DNA from: Piedraia hortae CBS 480.64
Lineage: Eukaryota
DNA length: 64,000 bases
NCBI GenBank assembly: GCA_010093745.1
Contig: MU005962.1
Coordinates: 248,001 to 312,000, forward strand
Direction: 5' to 3'
The notes under the pieces: generated by a model
What the model was told of the DNA's origin: nothing
Seen by the model: the letters and a program-made list of their open reading frames with translations, nothing else
Database searches by the model: none
Position numbers and translations under genes: made by a program
Part shown: piece after piece, positions 58,234-64,000 of the stretch
Numbering within the stretch: position 1 is the stretch's first letter
Layout of the letters: the number at the start of each line of letters is the position of its first letter

Positions 58234-59219
58234 ATGGCCAGTGCAACTTTGGCTACCGTCCTGCCTTTCCTTGCCACCCACAAGTCCAAGACCCGGCATG
58301 GAGGTACGTTGCAAAGTTATAGTCATGATCAAGGTTCAGACAAAGTCCTATGCCTCGTTCATGGCTATCCTCAGAGTGCCTACATGTATGGTTCCCTTGC
58401 ATCCAATACCTGCGTCTTACTCAAACACCGCTCAGTTGGCGACACATCATCCCACTTCTAAAGGACAAATTCTCGACCTGGGCTCCTGAACTTCCAGGTT
58501 ACGGGTTAAGCAGCATTCCACCCAGTTCTGACACACGAACTGTTGGCCATATACTCATAGATGCCTTGCGAGAGATCTTTCCTCATCAATCTATCATCTG
58601 GTGCGGTCATGACCGAGGGGCTCGAATCGGGCACCGTCTCCTAGTCGACAAGGACCCACCGATAGTAGCCTCTGTCCTAATCGACATTGTTCCCACCGTC
58701 GAACAATGGAAGTCCTTCAGCTCACCACTCGCTAGCGTGGCATACCATCATTGGCCTTTTCTCGCTGCACCCACGACTCCGAGATTGATATCACTCATGT
58801 CTGGACGTGAGTATTGCCTTAATCGCCTGAAGCAAGCCCACGGCAAGAGTGAGGAGGGCACTTCCAAGTTCCAGGAGAACAACGCAATCGAGCATTATTG
58901 TGCATTGTTCGATAAGCAAGAGGCCATAGACGGCAGCTGCGCTGATTATGCGGCCGCCTCTACAGTTGACTACGAGGCACAAAGGAAGGATCAGGAAGCT
59001 GGGCGTAATATCTCCACAGCTACCTGCGTTATCTATAGCGTCGCGAATTTGGGTAAGATGCACGATGTGGAAAAGGTTTGGAAGTATTGGGTTCACGGTG
59101 GGATGAAGTTTCAATGCATAGGCATCGGTGACCAATACGGACATTACCTGGCGGAAGAGTGTCCGGATAGGATTGCTAAGATCATACTAGATTGGCTTGA
59201 GGGGCTGAATGACGGATGA
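58234..59219 (+). CDS. Alpha/beta hydrolase, epoxide hydrolase/haloacetate dehalogenase family, 1 intron
   Basis: LVHGYPQSAYI / WRH...PELPGYGLS, nucleophile motif GHDRGARI, IDIVPT, YHHWPFLA, CADYAA, GHYLAEECP. Confidence 0.88.
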
Positions 59220-59391
59220 ATTGTACGATATCGTTTCGTCAGACATCCTTCGGCCGAATATCTGGGTAGGACGAAAACGGTTTAGCTCGTAACGTGCCCC
59301 GCTCCGCGGAACCACCATAGAGGCAGCGTCGCTAAAGAGACCGGTCCAGCTTTCTTCTTTGCATATTGAGTGAACGCCGTCGTCCTGATTA

Positions 59392-62071
59392 ATGTCCTCT
59401 CATATGACGCCCACGTCCAGTCCGGCCTCTGCTTCAAGAACATCTGCATCTGCGGACCGCAAACGCAAGCGCCCCACCAACTCTGAAGGATCCGGTAGAC
59501 GACATCCCACAGTGCATGACCTCTTAGCGGCGCAGCAAAAGCCTCCCGCACCTTCCATGACATTGGCAATGCGACGAAGACCTGGCATAGATGATGGACC
59601 GCCAAAAGTCCTGAGGGCCATTGACATTTATGACTTCTCCTCTAGACAACCCATTCCAAAGAATGTCGATGGAAAGAAGCCGCTCATGACCAGAGCTCAG
59701 AGGCTGAATGAATCAAAACCAAAGGAGTTGATTGTCAAGAACGCAAGAAAGTCCACGTGGAACACAAAGGCTTATCTTGAAAGGGCCTGGGCGGAGATTG
59801 AAACAACCTTGTCAACGACATTCTCCGAAGCCGGGGACATTAGAAGCAAGGAAAAGGCACAGCATAATGTGGAGCTCATTTGTCGTTCTCGCGGCGCCTC
59901 TACCTTGTTTGCAAAACTGTCCACTCAAAGTCGGAAACACATTAGGAGCGAGGCTCAAATTGTTCTCAAAGCTGCGGAGGGTGCCTCCGATGGCGTGGCT
60001 GTCCTCAGGATTGTTTTAGATGCGTGGAAACGCTGGAAACATTGCTATGACACACTGAGGGCCATATTTGCGTTCTTGGACCGCACATATCTACTGCATG
60101 CTGAAGACAAAGATGAGCTGCACAAATTTTTTCCACGGCTTTTTAGAGAGGCAATCTTCAGCGATTCGTCACTCGAGAAGAGGGTCGTTCAAGGCACCTG
60201 TGATCTTGTGTCCGCAGCTCGTTCAGAACAGCCGTACGACTTTGATCTTCTCAAGCGGGCTGTGGACATGTTCTACAGGCTCGAAGTATACAACAGCCTT
60301 TTCGAGCCCGCCGTTATGGAATTGTCACGAACCTACTTTGTCGACTGGTCGAATAGAATGATTGTCGAAAAGAGCGTTCCAGACTATGTGGACGCCTCAA
60401 ATGCTGCCATAGCATCGGAGAAGAATCGCTGTGTGGAATTGGGACTGAATGAGGTGACCCGCAAAGCTCTATTCGAGATTTTACAGACTACTCTAATCGA
60501 TGAGAAAGAGACTGACCTGACTGGGTATGAAGGGTTAGCCCCACTGCTCAAAGACAATGCCGTAACAAGAATAAGAGCATTGCATAAACTCCTTGCCCGA
60601 CGAAACTTGAGCAAAAACCTTCAACCTGCGTTCGGAAAGTGGATCGGCGAGGCTGGCACAGATATCGTATTCTCTCAAGACGAGGACACTATGATTGTCC
60701 GGCTTCTGACGCTCAAGGCGCAAATCGACCGAATTGCGCAAGAGGCTTTCGAGAACGAAGATGGCTTTTCTTACACCATGCAGAAGAACTTTGAGAATTT
60801 CATGAACAAGACGAAGAAGGGCGAGGCGACTTGGGGCACTGACAACACCAAAGTGGGTGAAATGATAGCCAAGCACATTGACCAACTGCTTCGTGGCGAT
60901 GCAAATGCCATCAAAGCTATGAATGATCAGAACCGGTCCCAGAAACCCGCATCTCACGAACAAGCTGGAGATGAAGAAGAGTATGCCGATGAGGACGAAG
61001 AAACAGACATCAACGCCCATTTAGATCGAGTGCTTGAACTGTTTCGATTTGTCCAGGGCAAAGCGGTGTTTGAGGCCTTTTACAAGAAAGCTCTTGCTCG
61101 CCGTCTTCTCATGGGCAAATCTACATCGGCAGCTGCGGAAAGCAAAGTGCTGACGCGACTGAGAGAAGAATGTGGCAGTGCCTTTACGCACAATCTGGAA
61201 ACCATGTTCAAGGATATGGATCTCGCCAGGGAGGACATGCAGGCTTACAAGCAACTCCGCGAGAGCCGCACAGGGCGTGGAAAGGACAAAGGGCTTGACT
61301 TTTCGGTGAATGTTCTCAACTCATCCGCGTGGCCCACGTATCCAAATGTGAAAGCTGTGATACCCGCCGGTGTCCAGGAGGCAGCCAAGGACTTCGAGTC
61401 GTATTACAGCAATAAACACACCGGCAGGAAGCTCGAGTGGCACCACGAGTTGGCCCATTGTCAAGTGCGGGCCTCGTTCCCCAACGGCGCCAAGGAGCTT
61501 GTGGTCTCAAGCTTCCAGGCACTGGTACTCCTCTTGTTTAACAAAATGCAATTGGGTGAGCACATTTCATACTCTACCATTCTCAACGAGACTGGGCTTC
61601 GTAAGTCTTCCAACTAACCCTATGGCCTGCCGCTAAATTGATTTTTTAGCGGCTGTCGAGGTCAAGCGAACACTCCAGTCGCTTGCTTGCGCCAAACTGA
61701 GACCTCTCAGAAAGCACCCGAAAGGTAAAGATATCAACGACGATGACACATTCACCATCAATGAAAGCTTTGTACACCCCAAATATCGCGTGAAGATCAA
61801 CCAGATCCAGCTGAAAGAGACCAAGGAAGAGAACAAGGAGACGCACATCAGAGTCGCGCAGGACCGGGCGTTTGAGTGCCAGGCAGCAATCGTGCGCATT
61901 CTCAAGTCGAAGAAGACAATTAGCCATCAGCAGCTGGTATCTGAGCTGATCAAGGCAACCATCAGTCGCGGTGTGCTTGCCATGGCGGACATCAAGAAGA
62001 ACATTGACAGGCTGATTGAAAAGGACTACATGGAGAGGGCTGACGGGAACATGTACACGTACCTGGCATAA
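59392..62071 (+). CDS. CUL4: Cullin-4 (CulD/Pcu4), 1 intron
   Basis: ELIVKN, IFAFLDRTYL, WGTDNTKVGEMIAKHID, LFRFVQGKAVFEAFYKKALARRLL, ECGSAFTHNLETMFKD; intron 61601-61649; RTLQSLACAK; neddylation motif AAIVRILKSKK. Confidence 0.92.
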
Positions 62072-62221
62072 ATAGCCCGAATGATGACGGCAAGTGAATA
62101 GAATTTATACAAATCGACCTTGATAAGCCGTCGTCCTAGATTGACATGTGTCAAAAACTGCGATAACGGTTGGTCTGTGTAAAACGTCATTCGATGCAGG
62201 GTCTCAACGGCTCCATCCGAT

Positions 62222-62269
62222 ACGCGTCGTCCGTCACGACGCGTATCTGTGAACGCGTCTTGGTCGCGT
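62222..62269. promoter_or_regulatory. MCB cluster upstream of CDT2
   Basis: ACGCGT at 62222, 62239 and 62253, and TCGCGT at 62264, all within 75 bp of ATG 62297. Confidence 0.78.
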
Positions 62270-62296
62270 TCATTAAAATTTACCTCCCAATATCCA

Positions 62297-62589
62297 ATGG
62301 ACAACCCCCCATCCAGTCCTTCGCATATTGAGCAGACATCAAGCCAGTTATTCAGTGACAACTTTTCTTCGTCATCGCAAAGCGAGATTAAAAGTCCGAG
62401 CAGGAATAGCGTCGAGCAGACGATCAACATCAAACCTAAGGTGAACCCGAGCATCACACCCAAGCGGTTCTCTCGCTTCTTCAGTCCAAGATCCACCAAG
62501 CCCCGTCAAGATGGTCGGGACAGCAAAGCGGCAAGGCTGCTGCGGGACATCACCAAAGCAGCTATGAATAGACAGGATGAAGTCCAGGC

Positions 62590-62642
<53 letters not shown>

Positions 62643-64000
62643 CGGACGATCGGCCGATAAAGCGATTAAAACTATTGAACTCTGCGCGACAAAGTGGAGA
62701 GGAGTCTATCAATTGTGACGACCAGACAGATCTAGATCTTACAGTTGAGCAAGAGGCACCCCAGGTATTCCCCAAACCAGTTCGACGTCTTGGACAGTTT
62801 GGATCAGCACAGCGGATATTACAGCGCGAATTTGGAGGCTACGACGGCGTCTCCCGTGGCTACAGAAGCGATCACTGTGTTGATTGGCAAGCAACTACAG
62901 CCAATTTTGTGTCAAAGCCGTCTGACGTACACTGGTTCGGCGACGCAGGTCTGCCATTCGTGGTGAAGTGTTGCAGGACGAACTCGCTGGTAGCGACGGG
63001 TGATGAAGATGGGGACGTCCGGCTATTCGATTCCTCTGCATCTCTTGATTTTTCAACCACATACTTGAGTTTCATGCCTCACAAAAGCGCCATTATGGAC
63101 ATTGATTTCAGCTCTGATGACTATCGTCTCGCAACAGCCAGCGGATTCCACCCAACGATCATCGACATGCGGTCGCAGAAGCCTTTTGCCACTCTAGCAG
63201 GCCATGTGAATACTGTGAAGCGGATCCGCTTCCACCCTCTGTCTGATGATATTGTCCTGACCAGCAGTCGAGACGGAACCGTCCAACAGTGGGATTTGAG
63301 ATGTAGCGATCAAAGATCCGTAGTGCAGCTTGGAAACAGAACAACGTACAGCCAGAACCGCATAGATATCGGCCATCTAATGCCGTGGAGGAGACCAAGA
63401 GGAGGCATCTCCGCCACTGCCATACAACAGCTGACCAATGGCCGAGAGCACATGCTGCTGTCATGTACCGACGTAGACGCCAGCGTCATGCTATGGGATT
63501 TAAGGTACATCAGAGCTAAGGGAAGCAAGCCACTGACAGTCACTTCCCTGCCCGAGGCCCATTACAGGGCCAGGAATTTTGGCATCAGCAGCATAGTCAT
63601 CTCGGGAGATGGTACCAGGGCATACACGGTGTGCAGAGACGCAACGGTCTACGCCTACAGCACGAACCAGATCCTTGTTGGATCTGACGATCCAAGGAAA
63701 GACACAAGCATCAGCCCGGGTCCCTTGTATGGGCTCCGCAATCCTTCATTTCTTCCGTCATCTTTCTACGCCCGTGCCTCCATGCGTCATGCTGAGGGCA
63801 GCAACGACGAACTTCTTGCCGTCGGCAGCGGCAGGAATTGTGTCGTCTTGTTTCCCACGGATGAGCGGTATTTCACTCAGTCAGCATCCGATGGCAACAC
63901 AAAGATCTACACTCTTGGCACGCCGCTCGTGGGCGGCCACTCTAACGAAGTTACGGCCGTGGATTGGACATCTGACGGCGATTTGGTCACGGTGTCGGAC
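62297..64000 (+). CDS. CDT2: WD40 DCAF protein Cdt2/DTL (CRL4 substrate receptor); 3' end runs off the window
   Basis: Manual translation: MDNPPSSP...PSITPKRFSRFFSPR...DWQATTANF...LVATGDEDGDVRLFDS...HKSAIMDIDFSSDDYRLATASG...GHVNTVKRIRF...TSSRDGTVQQWDLRC...MLWDLRY...SSFYAR...GHSNEVTAVDW; two WDxR motifs. Not in the ORF track because no stop lies in the window. Confidence 0.85.
62591..62641 (+). repeat. (GAT)17 perfect microsatellite encoding poly-Asp in CDT2
   Basis: 51 bp of uninterrupted GAT repeats, in frame. Confidence 0.97.

Overview
Gene-dense, intron-containing nuclear DNA from a filamentous ascomycete (Pezizomycotina). Protein similarity from memory suggests Eurotiomycetes/Chaetothyriales-like, but that is inference. 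There are about 36 loci, mostly housekeeping: GT15 mannosyltransferase, LCB2, an APC permease, TAF14, YRB1, SMP-30 lactonase, a FUSC/BRE4-like transporter, gamma-glutamyltranspeptidase, LAC1, VPS16, MTC2-like, bestrophin, a DHX57-like helicase, CDC48, TRAP-alpha, PDR16, glyoxalase II, STE50, calnexin, UBC6/UBE2J1, POL12, Sec2-like, GTPBP1, TOM22, an alpha/beta hydrolase, CUL4 and CDT2. Intergenic spacers and introns are short. One gene-sparse accessory island (~6.4-14.3 kb) holds a tandem triplication of a diverged Mug80/Pcl-type cyclin unit: two intact copies and one decayed copy without the cyclin fold, all sharing a conserved upstream motif. The island also holds an orphan repeat ORF broken by one in-frame TAG. 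Other points of note are adjacent CUL4 and CDT2 (same ligase), MCB clusters before POL12 and CDT2, a step-type HSE before CDC48, a candidate spliced mitochondrial presequence on glyoxalase II, and an in-frame TGA-ATG junction between two genes. I saw no tRNA, rRNA, CRISPR or recognisable transposon. Gene models and family calls were made by eye, without database searches.
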